Source: Octopus sinensis
Taxonomy: Eukaryota
DNA: 64,000 nucleotides
Reading direction: 5' to 3'
Assembly (NCBI RefSeq): GCF_006345805.1
Contig: NC_043007.1
Location: 38,750,001-38,814,000, forward strand
Part shown: positions 1-12,632 of the stretch, one piece after another
How positions within the stretch are numbered: position 1 is the first letter of the stretch
How the letters are laid out: the number at the start of each line of letters is the position of its first letter
Position numbers and translations under genes: made by a program
Notes under the pieces: model-generated
Database searches by the model: none
The model's input: only the letters and a program-made list of their open reading frames with translations
What the model was told of the DNA's origin: nothing

Positions 1-1110
1 CAACTTCTTCAATACACCAAAGCTCACTGACATCATACATCCAGCAGAGCATACCAGTTTCATTTCTCTTCAGCCTTTGCATGTCCTCTGCATTCAGGGC
101 CCTTGTCTTACTAACATGCAGCATTGCAGTTCATACACATGCATCATACAATCTTCCCTTCACTTGGAGAGAGAGATCTTTGGTTGCCAACAGAGGTAAA
201 AGCTCTCTGAACTTACTTTATTCTATTCTTATTCTAGTAATTACACTTTCTGTACAACCTCCTCCACTGCTAATTAGGTAACAAAATTTATCTATAACTC
301 CCAGAGAGCAACTGGGACATTTAAAGAAATATGTTTCCGGTGCATCTGTGGTCTTTATGGATCCATATATCTTCCACTACTATTTTCTCTGTTAATCTTC
401 CAACTATTCTGCTGCACCTCATGTGTCCATAGCTTGCATTGGGTACACTAAATGGAATTTATGCCTACATCCTCCCTACATATCAAGCAGGGCCATTTAC
501 CTGTTGGTGAAGGTTCTGTCCGATTTCTTGCTTACTCGGACCTTGGTCTTTGCTAAGTTCACTTTAAAACCCTTTGATTCCAGGTTCTGTTTCCACACCT
601 GAAATTTCTTTTCTAATTCTGTTAGATTCTGCTATGAGGGCGAGATCATCAGCAAGGAGTTCCCATAGGCTTCCAGTCTTAAATACCTCTGTTATGGCCT
701 AGAGGATGATGATGAACAAGAGGAGGCTGAGGACCAACCCTTGGTGGACACCTACCTGTACACTAAATTCATCAGCATATCTATGACCAACTCTTACCTT
801 ACTAACAGTACTTCTGTACATGGCCTGTACTGCCTTCACAAGCCATTTGTGTATCCTTAGCTTCCTCAGGGGCCCCATATCACAAAGCAGGGTACTCTAT
901 CGAAGGCTTTCTCTAGATCAACAAATGCCAAGTACAACAGCTTGTTCTTAGCTAAATAATTCTCTAGCACTTGCCAGGATAAACCTGGATTGTATTTCAT
1001 CTAGTCTAATTCTGTTCCTTTTACTGTCTCTGCAACCTTCATCACCTGGTCCAGCAATCTGATGCCTCTATAATTACTTCTATCAAAGGATTCATTAGAA
1101 TCTAGGCACA
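1..1110 (-). mobile_element. Degenerate RTE-clade LINE, reverse transcriptase fragment
   Basis: The reverse strand reads NYRGIRLLDQVMKV, LYLAFVDLEKAFDRVP, GVHQG and LLADDLAL, with frameshifts and stops. Confidence 0.85.
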
Positions 1111-1202
1111 GCAACACATAAGATGCCAGAACTGGCTGAGTACAATAACAGGGTTCACTGTGAGGGAAAACAACCATTTACACACACACACACGTGTGTG
1201 TG

Positions 1203-1420
1203 TCGTCGTCGTCATCGTTTAACATCCGTTTTCCATGCTAGCATGGGTTGGACGGTTCGATCGGGGTCTGGGAAGCCAGGAGGCTGCACCAGGCACCAGT
1301 CTGATCTGGCAGTGTTTCTACAGCTGGATGCCCTTCTTAACGCCAACCACTCCCTGAGTGTAGTAGGTGCTTTTTACGTGCCACCGGCACAGGGGCCAGA
1401 GGAGGCTGGCAAACGGCTTG
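1203..1420 (-). mobile_element. Short retroposon family D with an (ATG/ACG)n tail; other copies at about 8051-8225, 10285-10530, 52678-52925 and a fragment at 15245-15300
   Basis: Shared segments catcgtttaacatccgttttccatgctagcatgggttggacg and gatgcccttcctaacgccaaccac...gtgccacc. Confidence 0.75.
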
Positions 1421-2409
1421 TATGTATGTATATAGCTTGACTGATTTAGAGACTGAACTCATGCTCACTAACTGAACTAAAGCACTTAGCACTTGATACT
1501 TAATCCTTATATTCCCTATCCCATTCTCTTCTTCCTTACCATCATCATCATCGCTTAATGTCCATTTTCCTGTGATTTTATGAGTCTGACAATGTTTATT
1601 GCAACAGATTTTCTATGGTTGGATGCTCTTTCTGTTGTCAACCCTCACTTGTTTCCAAGTAAGGTAATACTTCCCCATAGTGGAGATGTATTTGCAGAAT
1701 ACTGTAAATGAGCGACACAGCTTGCATGACGGTGATTCTCATTTACAACTATCACGTGATGTCAGGACAAGGAGACGAACAAACATGCATGCAAATATAT
1801 AGACATACATACACCTACCCACCTGTCTACTTACCCAACTGCCGAAACTTAGATCGGAGTTGAAACCTCATGTTGTATGCTTTAATTTTTTTAAAAGAAA
1901 TATAATGTCTTAGTTTATTCTGTTAATTACAGAATAATCTTAGTTATTTGGTAAATATCTCAAAGAGAATGATTTTTTGTATTCCCATGTATTAAGATAT
2001 TGGTATATCGGAGCCAAATGTGTAGGAATACCAAAATATTTTCCATTCGGACCAACGATGAAACCTCTACATCAGCACCGGCCACCCAAACTTTTATCTT
2101 TCTTAAAATGGGTTTAATTAAACAAACATTTAAAAAATGTTTATCAAATATTAAAGATTGTAATGAAAACTGGCAATAAAACAACAGCCTACAATTGTAT
2201 AATTCTAAACAAACGAAAAGTATGAAAAATTCTTGATTCTGTAATTTGATTATTTGACTATTAGTGCAGAAAGTATAGAAGCGGCTCTTAAAGAACTTTG
2301 TGATCAAAGTGGCCCTCAATGTAATTCGAGTTGGCCAGGCCTGTTCTACATGGTGGCTTGATCTGCTAGAAATATCAACTAAATCTCCCTTCAGTTACGC
2401 TCTTATAAA

Positions 2410-2797
2410 TCTCTCTCTATATAAAGCTGAAGTTGTCTGTGTATGGCAGGTTTGGTAGCCTTCAACTAACACTATCTCCTCCGAGACTCTGCGGCGCAAG
2501 TTGACCAAAATTTAGAGTATGATAGAAGGCTTGCTCTTCCTTCCGTAGAAGAAAAAATTCAAATCGGGCCATGTTAATACCAAAAATTATTTACATCAAA
2601 AAGGTGCTTTTTTTCTATGAAAATCCCTATTTTTTACGATTTTTTTACTGCTGTGTCGCCATTTTTCGGTGTATTTCAACCAGAAAATGTACACTTAAAG
2701 AGAATAACAAGCTACATAATGCAAAATTTTTACTTTTCAAAAATTCCAATTCTAAAGGGTCGAAACAAACCCGAGCAACGCCGGGCGATACTGCTAG
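2410..2797 (+). mobile_element. Non-autonomous Helitron-like element
   Basis: Starts with 5' TC after an A; subterminal hairpin cccg-agcaacgc-cggg at 2770-2785; ends CTAG followed by T; no TSD. Confidence 0.7.
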
Positions 2798-3335
2798 TGA
2801 GGACATAAAACAATGCAATCAGATACCGAACAGACGGTACGTTCATGATTGGAATCCTGTTGATCATAGGTTTGCTCACCCAAGGTTGATCAGGGGCTAA
2901 ACAACAACAGCATAAAGTACTTTTTACTTTTGTGGAGTAGGGATCATATTCAAAGGCTTCAGTTGTTGAGATATTCGCATAAATGTTTTACACGTGTGTA
3001 TTCGTCAATCCACACTTATATACAGAAAGATCATAAACTTTCAGGATAAATTATCGAAAATACATACTCAGATGTATATTCAATAACACACAGCAACTAT
3101 GTGTTTAAAATATGGGCAACAGCTTTAAGAATGGAATAAAATTTATAGAGAACTAGGGGATTTACCGTCGAATCAATTTCAAAATATAGACATCGTCTGT
3201 CAGAGGTTGGTGGAACAGAGTTATTTCCCTTGGTTCAAATTGATTTAACATAGTTACAGATATTTATTTGTTTACAATCGGGAGAGTCATGTACAATCCA
3301 TATTCCCTCCTTTTTAATGTTCAACGAAGACATCA

Positions 3336-3438
3336 AGTACTACGAGCGAACAGTGGTCGTTGTAGGATCGACTATTTACGACTAGCTAGCGCGGATGCGC
3401 GAGTGCGCGCACCGGGACCACTGTTCGCTAGTAGTACC
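3336..3438. mobile_element. Internally deleted copy of the GGTACTAC-ended MITE
   Basis: Left end agtactacgagcgaacagtggtc is the inverse of right end gaccactgttcgctagtagtacc; the right arm matches that of 21649-21915. Confidence 0.7.
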
Positions 3439-4392
3439 AAATTTCATTTCTATGTATACGATAAGATGCTATATAAAATCGTTTGAGTAGTTTATATAAA
3501 AATAAAAGCACAGAATTAGCCTGGAGGGTAAATATATAAAAAAAAAACTAGGATATTTTTGAAAAATATGTCAGAGTCGTAATTTCCGTTCTATGTAACA
3601 GGTATACAGAAAAGAAAAGGGGGTGGGAATGAAGAAAAAAGCCCTTCAAATTCCTTGCCATTACCTGTCTTAATGAAGTTGAGACAACTACAGTTTTATG
3701 ACGACAGTTCATGAGGACACATTACATTTATTATCGACGACTGATCCTCTTTTATTTTTATGAATAAAAACATTTTGAAACGATTTCTAAATAAAACTCA
3801 CTGAAGTCCATGCCATCAGGGAGGACAACCAGGTCATGTTGCTGTACTTCCGGTTGTATACAATTTTTTTTTTCGTGATTAATTATTCAATTACGTTGTT
3901 TTAAAACCCTGCACTTCTGAAATTATGCATATATCATAATCAAAATATATGTGTTGTTATGGTACATAAATACTTATGAACTATGACACAAAAAAGCAAA
4001 CACAAATTTAATTCTAGTCACTTTAGTAAATCAATATGCAAATAAGCTCAGTCAATATAACTAATACAAGATGTGTAGAGGTATATATAATCTGCTTAAG
4101 ATCATAGCTATTGAAGTTCCTTTAAGACTTGCTTTCGGGTCACAAACGGAGATGAACCTATCTCATTATCACCGAGGGAAAGTCCCCAGACCGAGCGTAG
4201 AGACTACCGATTTGAGGAATCGTGTCAAACCTATCAGCTGCCTCCCGTCGATGCAATGACGCCATTTGGCGGAGCTGGGAGTTGTTGGTAGGTATATTCG
4301 TCATAGTACAGACAAATGCAAGTGGCACTTTGGTGTTAACAGAATGGGGATTACTCTGAAGGAATTTCTTCTTTTTTGTTAATTCGTTAACA

Positions 4393-4782
4393 TTACTCTT
4401 TTTTACTCTTTTTACTTGTTTCAGTCATTTGACTGTGGCCATGCTGGAGCACCGCCTTTAGTCGAGCATATCGACCCCGGCACTTATTCTTTGTAAGCCC
4501 AGTACTTATTCTATTGGTCTCTTTTGCCGAACCGCTAAGTGACGGGGACGTAAACACACCAGCATCGGTTGTCAAGCAATGCTAGGGGGACAAACACACA
4601 CATATATATATACATATATACGACAGGCTTCTTTCAGTTTCCGTCTACCAAATCCACTCACAAGGCATTGGTCGGCCCGGGGCTATAGTAGAAGACGCTT
4701 GCCCAAGATGCCACGCAGTGGGACTGAACCCAGAACCATTTGGTCGGTAAACAAGCTACTTACCACACAGCCACTCCTGCAT
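4393..4782 (-). mobile_element. tRNA-derived SINE, family A (head GGCGTAGGAGTGGCTGTGTGG, tail (GAGTAAAA)n)
   Basis: A-box and B-box-like head, internal (AT)/(GT) microsatellite, many near-identical copies in the window. Confidence 0.88.
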
Positions 4783-5511
4783 ATTGCTTTTTTTTTTTTT
4801 TTTTTGGTAAACAATTCAAAAAAGTTCCTAAAGAATAGAATCAGAAATTATCTGGTATGCCAAAAGCCCTAATTTCTTTGTTGTGTATATTTTAAGCATT
4901 TAAAAAAATCTGTTACTTGTTTCAGTCATTAGACTGTGGCCATACTGGGGCACTACCTTGAAGAAAGTTTAGTTGAAGGAATCAACCCCAGTACTTATTT
5001 TTGGTTTCTTTTTCTTTAAGCCTGGTGGTGGGGGACAAACACTGTCACGAAGACACACACACGTGCATTTACACGCACTATTTAGTTGAAAATCACTTCA
5101 GGTTTATTCTCAGAGTATTTTAGACAGGAGTAGAGACACGAGGATCAGCAAATCACTGAAGACGTAACAGAATTTGTCACGAAAGAACACTGATAATAAA
5201 GTGAAGATTTTATGTTTAGCATAGTTTTGAAGGATCCTAAACATACATCTGAAAAAAAAAAAAATTTTTTTTGAAAAGGCACAGACATAGCCGTATGCTT
5301 AAGAAGTTCACTTTGAACCACATGGTTTTGGGTTCATTCTCACTGTTCAGCACCTTGGCCAAGTATCTTCTGCTATAGCTCTGGGCTGACCAATACCTTG
5401 TGAGTGGATTTGTTTGAAGGAAATTATTTGGAAGCCTCTCTCTCTGTGTGCATATATTTGTCCCTCCATCCTGCTTGGCAGCTGATGTTGGTTTCTTTTA
5501 TCTTTTAACTT

Positions 5512-5747
5512 CTTATTTCTTTATTACCCACAAGGGGCTAAACATAGAGGGGACAAACAAGGACAGACAAAGGAGTTAAATCGATTACATCGACCCCAGT
5601 GCATAACTGGTACTTAATTTATCGACCCCCGAAAGGAGGCAAGGCAAAGTCAACCTCTGCAGAATTTGAACTCAGATTGTAACAGCAGATGAAATACTGC
5701 TAAGCATTTCGCCCAACATACTAACGTTTCTGCCAGTTCGCCGCCTT
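5512..5747 (-). mobile_element. SINE family B (head AAGGCGGCGAGCTGGCAGAA, tail GTGGG(T/C)A(G/A)TAAAGAAATA)
   Basis: Full-length match to the 22576-22806 copy; B-box-like GAGTTCAAATTC. Confidence 0.85.
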
Positions 5748-5754
5748 ATCTTTT

Positions 5755-6140
5755 AACTTCTGTTTGTTTCAGTTATTAGGGCACCAACTTGAAGAATATT
5801 TAGTTGAACAAATTGACCGCAATACTTATTTTCTGTGAAGTCTGGTACGTATTCTATCGGATCTCTTTTGCCAAACCACTAAGTTACAGGATGTAAACAC
5901 ACCATCACTGGTTGTCAAGTAGTGGTAGGTGACAAACATAAACATGAAGACACACACGCGCAGACATATATACACAATGGGCTTCTTTCAGTTTCCATCT
6001 ATCAAATCCACTCACAAGGCTTCGGTTGGTCCAAGTGTACAGTAGAAGACACTTGCTCAAGATGCTATGCAGTGGGACAGAACCTGGAACCATGTGGTTG
6101 GGAAGCAAGCTTCTTACCACACAGCCATGCCTGCACCTAT
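5755..6140 (-). mobile_element. SINE family A, older copy
   Basis: Diverged match to 4393-4782. Confidence 0.75.
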
Positions 6141-6616
6141 GTCTGTTTATGGTTCAGCAAAGAGACCAACAGAATAAGTACTAGTCTTGGGATTGATTTA
6201 TTGAACTAAACCCTTCAAGGCAATACCCCAGCATGTCTATAGCTCAATGACTGAAACAAATAAATGAGGAAAGAGAGTCAAAATTTTAAAAATAATGGAA
6301 AGGAAGGGGACAAAAAAATGATCCCTTTCCATTCTTTTCTTGTTTACACGACTCATAGTCTACAATGCTTAAAACATACAAATTCCAAGAATTCCAGTTT
6401 TGGGATAATTTCTGACTCAGTTGTTTAGGGATGTTCAGTTCTAATATCCTTTAACCATTTGGCATTTAAACTGACCATATCCAACTCAAATATTCTATAT
6501 GTTTCATGTTCAAACTGGCCTCTTACACCAAACCTATAATGTCATTCTAAAAAAATACAACCACATAATCAAAATTTCAATGGTACAAGATAACACATTA
6601 TTAATTCAAAACAATA

Positions 6617-7040
6617 AGGTGGCGAGCAAGCAGAATCATCAGCACGCCGGGCAAAATGCTTAGCGTTATTTTGTCTGCCGTTACGTTGTGAGTTGAAATT
6701 CCGCCGAAGTCGACTTTGCCTTTCATCCTTTTGGGGTTGATAAATTAAGTACCAGTTACACACTGGGGTCGATGTAATCGACTTAATCTGTTTGTCTGTC
6801 CTTGTTTGTCCCCTCTATGTTTAGCCACTTGTGGGCAATAAAGAAATAAGATATGTTAGTACACTGGGCGAAATGCTTGGTGGTATTTCGTCTGTCTTTA
6901 TATCCTGAGTTCAAATCCTGCTGAGGTCGATTTTGCCTTTCATCCTTACAGGGTCGATAAATTAAGCACCAGTTATGTACTGGGCTTCATCTAATCAACT
7001 GGTCCCCTACCCCAAAAACTTCGGGCCTTGTGCCTAGAGT
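6617..7040 (+). mobile_element. Two tandem SINE family B copies
   Basis: A full copy at 6617-6850 is followed by a variant-tailed copy. Confidence 0.82.
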
Positions 7041-8620
7041 AGAAAAGATTATTAATTCAAAACGATGTGATTAAATAAGTATTAGATTTGACAGAGTAAT
7101 CTGATTGCTAAATGGTTATAAATTAAATTAGACATTATAAACATTATTGTAAGGTAGAGAGCAGCATTCTATTGACTGAGTCATAATCAAATTGTGGTGA
7201 ATGTTTAAATGGTTTCAGGTTGTGAGCTGGCAGAGCTGTTACTGCCCCTGGTAAAATGGTTAGTGACATTTCATTTATCTTTACATTCTGAGTTCAAGTT
7301 CCACTGAGGTCGACTTTGCCTTTCGTCCTTTCCAGGTTGATGAAATAAATACCAGTTGAACAATGGGGTGTGGGTATCGATGTAATTGACTTACCCCTCC
7401 TACTGAAATAGCTGGCCTTGTAACAAAATTTGAAACCAATATTTAAATGGCTTGCAAAACTTTTCAACCTCAACTGTTTTGGTGCCTGGACATTAAATTG
7501 TGGGTTCTGATTTTTGCACAAGGGCAGCAGTTTTGATGGGAGGGTCTTAATTTATACCTATTTCTTTATTACCCACAAGAAGCTAAACACAGAGAGGACA
7601 AACAAGGACAGACATAGGTATTAAGTCGATTACATCGACCCCAGTGCGTAACTGGTACTTAATTTATCGACCCTGAAAGGATGAAAGGCAACGTCGACCT
7701 CAGCAGAATTTGAACTCAGAACGTAATGGCAAACGAAATACGGCTACGCATTTCACCCGGCATGCTAACGTTTCTGCCAGGTCGCCGCTGAGGGTCTTAA
7801 TTTATACCATTAACCTGAATACTAGACAGGTACTTTATTTTATTGATCACGGAAGGATGAAAGGCAAAAAGGCAAAGTTGACCTTGGCAGGATTTGAACT
7901 CAGAATGCAAAGATTCTAAGAATATACCATAAAGCATTATTTCCAACATTACAATTTTGTAGCCGACCACTCTTTGTTTTTAATTAAGGTATGAAGCCAG
8001 CAATTTTGAGGTGGGGAGGCTAATCAATACTGTCAGCACAAGTACTAGACATCATCATCATCGTTTAACATCTGCTTTCCATGCTAGCATGGGTTGGACG
8101 ATATTGACCGAGGGCTGGCGAACCAGATGGCTGCACCAGGCTCCAATCTTTCTACAGCTGGAAGCCCTTCCTAACGCCAACCACTCCGAGAGTGTAGTGG
8201 GTGCTTTTTACCTGCCACCGGCAGTTACTTTATTTCATTGACCCTGGGGGAATGAAAGGCAAAGATGACCTTGGCTGGGATCTGAGTTCAATGTAAAGAT
8301 CTGGAGGGAATTCCACAATGTATTTCTTCCACTGCTTATATCAATTATATCAAAGAAACAACATGCTTCAAAATGTTATTTATTTACTTTTACTCTCTGG
8401 TTCTTATGGAATAGACTGTGCCCAATGCCTTTCCATGCTTTACAAGAACCATGAGATTGATATTATTAATGTTTTTCTTGATGGCAAGCTGGCAGAACCA
8501 TTAGCATACTGAGCGAAATGCTTAGCGGTATTTCATCCGTTCTTGCATTCTGACCTCAAATTCTGGTGAGGTCAACTTTGCCTTTCATCCTTTTGGGGTT
8601 GGTAAAATAAGTACTAGTTA

Positions 8621-8830
8621 GGCGTAGGAGTGGCTGTGTAGTAAGTAGCTTGCTTACGAACCACATGGTCCTGAGTTCAGTCCCACTGCATGGCACCTTG
8701 GGCAAGTGTCTTCTACTATAGCCTTGAGCCAACCAAAGCCTTGTGAGAGGATTTGGTAGATGGAAACTTAAAGAAGCCCGTCGCATATATGTATATATAT
8801 ATATAATATATATATATATATAATATATAT

Positions 8831-8874
<44 letters not shown>

Positions 8875-9101
8875 AATATATATATATATATGTATGTATA
8901 TGTTTGTGTGTCTGTGTTTGTCCCCCCAACATCACTTGACAACCGATGCTGGTGTGTTTACGTCCCCGTAACTTACCGGTTCGGTAGAATAGACTGATAG
9001 AATAAGTTCTGGGGTCGATTTGCTCAACTAAAAAAGGCAGTGCTCCAGCATGGCCACAGTCAAATGACTGAAATGAGTAAAAGAGTAAAGAGTAAAGAGT
9101 A
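8621..9101 (+). mobile_element. SINE family A following a truncated family B copy
   Basis: Full head to GAGTAAA tail; preceded by a family B copy at about 8484-8620. Confidence 0.88.
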
Positions 9102-9899
9102 ATCAACTCCTGGGAAGGAGCATAAAAACTGCATCCCTCTGCCAAGCCATGTTAAGCCAGTGTGCCAAAGTAGGCTCACCAAAACCAGTATAATCTCAAG
9201 CTTAAAATTCATGGCCTGTACATCAGACCAGTGCTTCTCAAACTATCTGATGTGATGTACTGGCAGTTTTTTTCCCAGTATGCCAGGCACCAGTAATATT
9301 TCTTAGTAATATTAATTTATACCAGAAACAATATATATAATGAATATAATAAAAGCTGACAATTTTTTTTATCTTATATTTATTTTGTAAACAAATAATA
9401 CAATATTACATAAGCATTTTATAACGTTTCTTTCTTTTCTATAAATTCGCCGCATACTGGCAGCTGATGGCTTGCGGACCACTTTGAGTAGCACAGTATC
9501 AGACCATGGTTGTTGAAGAGAACGTGCTGAGGCCCTTGTCCTGCAGTGGACTGAACATGGGCAACCCAATCGAATGTTTCTCTCGAACCTTTGCAAATCA
9601 ATACATACAAGAAAGACACAAACAGGAAGGAAATTCCAGAGGGCCAACATTCTGGGAAGGAAGGACTAGGCATAAGGATTGTTGCAAAACCAGGGGTGGT
9701 GGGGGTGGTGATAGTGGAAACAACATGAGTGATAAGAGGAGGAGAAGAGATGAGTAAGACGAAGATGTTTGAGTGGAGGTGGTGTAAACCCAGCCACATG
9801 TGAAGAACAGAGGTCATATACAGAAAATTGTTCATATTTTCATTATGTATGTGTATTTGTATATATGTATAAATGTATGTGTATATGTATATATGTGAA

Positions 9900-10230
9900 G
9901 GCGCATGGCTCAGTGGTTAGAGCGTTGAGCTTACGATCGTGAGGTTGTGAGTTCGAATCCCGGACCAGGCGGCGTGTTGTGTTCTTGAGCAAGACACTTT
10001 ATTTCTCGTTGCTCCAGTTCACTCAGCTGTAGAAATAAGTTGCAACGTCACAGGTGCCAAGCTGTATCTGCTGTTGCCTTTCCCTTGGATAACACTGGTG
10101 GCATGGAGAGGGGAGGCCGGTATGCATGGGTGATTGCTGGTCTTCCATAAACAGCCTTACCTGGACTTGTGCCTGGGAGGGTAACTTTCTAGGTGCAATC
10201 CCACGGTCAGTCATGACCGAAGGGGGTCTC
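9900..10230 (+). mobile_element. tRNA-derived SINE, family C (head GGCGCATGGCTCAGTGGTTAGAGCG)
   Basis: Clear A box and B box (GTTCGAATCC); CORE-like cttgagcaagacact; ends GAAGGGGGTCT. Confidence 0.88.
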
Positions 10231-10740
10231 AATATGTATATATGTTGAGGATGCTGATGATGAGGAAGAGGAAGATATATATTTGTCATCATCATCATCA
10301 CCATCATCATTTCACATTCATCTTCCATGTTGGGATTGATTGGATAGTTCAATAGGATCTGATAAATAAGGGGCCCGCATCAAGCTCCAACGTCTGCTTT
10401 GGTGAGATTTCAGTGGTTGGATGCTTTTCCTAATTCTAACCATTTTAAGAGTGTACTGATGTTTTTTCATGCCACCAGCACTAGTGGGGTCACCAGGCAG
10501 CTCACAAAACAGAAAAAGCCCCATCAACTGAGTTGGAGTATAGAAGAGAGGAAAGAAGCTTTATGCCAGGTGTTGAGAAGTTCAAGTATGATAGAACGAC
10601 AGGAATAGATGTCTTGCTGTGGTGGACATATAAGGCTACCCTGCGTTAGGTAACGGTGGGTAGGAGTATATATTTCTGGTTGATGTTCATACCATTTTCT
10701 TCTTACTTCAAATCCTTTTTTGCTGTAATATGTCCCAGTG

Positions 10741-11166
10741 GGTAATTGTTCAGTTTAGGGATATTAAAAAAGTAAATAAAAACTAAGGGGGAGATAACTA
10801 GTAAAGGGACATAAATAAGTTAAACAACATAAATACTGTAGTAAGGTAATATGGCGTATTGTAAATTTTGCACGTGTATAAATTCATAATTAGTTGATGC
10901 CGTGCAAACTGCTGAAGAATCTTGCCTTGGGATTTAGCATATTGGGTGATATTCCAAGATCCCTCCAAGATTGATTCACAGTTGAGGATTTTAATTTCAG
11001 GAATGATGAATTGTAGTCCTACTGGTCTTCCACGTGTCATTCTGATAAATTCTAAAGTAAATAATATCCAGTATTTATGTTGTCAGTTGACTTATTTATG
11101 TCCCTTTACAATATACCCACTAAATTTTTATTTACTTTTTTAATATCCCTAAATTGAGCTATTACC
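10741..11166. mobile_element. Mutator-like MITE, ~100 bp imperfect TIRs (GGTAAT...ATTACC), perfect 9-bp TSD GTCCCAGTG
   Basis: TSD copies at 10732-10740 and 11167-11175; arms at about 10741-10838 and 11070-11166 are reverse complements. Confidence 0.85.
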
Positions 11167-11406
11167 GTCCCAGTGTAGTGCTTTGGTCATGTAGTCCTAT
11201 CTGTGTCTATATTCCTTGTGCCAAAGAACTACAAGAACTTTTTATGTGCATAATGGATTCCTCTTTCTCATATCATACTCTGCTCTCTGCACTTTTCATG
11301 GATTTGTCTATTTTGGCTTAAATGATATTCATCCCCAACAACTGGCTTTGAGCAGCTATTATGAATCTTTCAGTTTCTTTCTTAAGGTCTGTTATTACTA
11401 TTTTTA

Positions 11407-11846
11407 AGGTGGCAAGCTGGCAGAATTGTTAGCATGCTGGGCAAAATTTTTAGCGGTTGTTCGTCTGTCACTATGTTCTGAGTTCAAATTCTGCTGTGGT
11501 CGACTTTGCTTATCATTCTTTCGGGGTCGATTAAATAAGTACTAGTTACACATTGGGGTAGATGTGATTGACTTAATCCCTTCCCTCAGATTTGAGGCCT
11601 CGTGCTTCCAGTAGAAAGAATTATTATTATTAAGGTGGCAAGCTGGCAGTATTGTTAGCATGCTGGGTGAAATGCTTGGCAGTATTTCATCCGTCTTCAC
11701 ATTCTGAGTTCAAATTCTGCCAAGGTCGACTTTGCTTTTAACCTTTCAGGGTTGATAAAAATAAGTACCAGTGACACATTGGGCTTGATGTAATTGACCA
11801 GTCCCCTTCCCCTAAAATTTCAGGCCTTGTGCCCATAGTAGAAAGG

Positions 11847-11903
<57 letters not shown>

Positions 11904-12103
11904 AAGGCGGTAAGCTGGCAGATTTGTTAGAATGTCGGGCGAAATGCTTAATGGTATTTTGTCTGCCGTTACGTTCTGAGTTCAAATTCCACTGAGGTCG
12001 ACTTTGCCTTTCATCCTTTCGAGGTCGATAAATTAAGTACCACTTACGCACTGGGGTCGATGTAATTAACTTAATCCGTTTGTCTGTCCTTGTTTGTCCT
12101 CTC
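11407..12103 (+). mobile_element. Three head-to-tail SINE family B copies separated by (ATT)n
   Basis: Heads at about 11407, 11632 and 11903; the last copy is truncated by the CR1 relic. Confidence 0.85.
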
Positions 12104-12632
12104 TATCAATCGTCTGGAAGCTGTTCAGCGACGTGCAACCAAAAGAATACCCTCCATCAGGCATTTGCCATATCCTGAACGCCTTACTTCCCTGGGCATG
12201 GACACATTGAAACTCCGACGTCTGGCAGCTGACTTGGCAGACACCCATAAAATTATCAACGATCACACAAACAATAACTCTGAGCACCTCTTCAACTCCA
12301 CCCATCTAAAACCCGTGGACATATTTACAAAGTAAGAAAAACAGCACAGCTCCCATTACTTCAGGAAACATTTTTTCACGCTGAGAGTTGCTGAAGCGTG
12401 GAACAAACTGCCGGTATCGGTTGTTAGTTGTTGGAGCACTGCATCCTTCAAGACTTCCATGCTTCCTGAGATTCGCCAACACTACACTTGATTTTCTCCC
12501 CTCCATACACACACAAGCATGTTCACTTTCCAGACATTTCTACATTACTGCATGTACTTTATATGCACTTTCTGACAAGTTGTGGTGCACCTGAGCACTG
12601 TATACAATAATTTCATTATTTTATTATTATTT
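12104..12632 (+). mobile_element. CR1-clade LINE 3' fragment
   Basis: ORF reads LEAVQRRATKRIPSIRHLPYPERLTSLGMDTLKLRRL, then FRKHFFTLRVAEAWNKLP in another frame; ends in an (ATT)-rich tail. Confidence 0.88.

Noticed and set aside
9900-9975. tRNA-like sequences (also 43315, 53934 and 54387, and the family A and B heads)
   Set aside because: They are SINE heads that continue into a shared SINE body; none gives a complete cloverleaf with a terminator.
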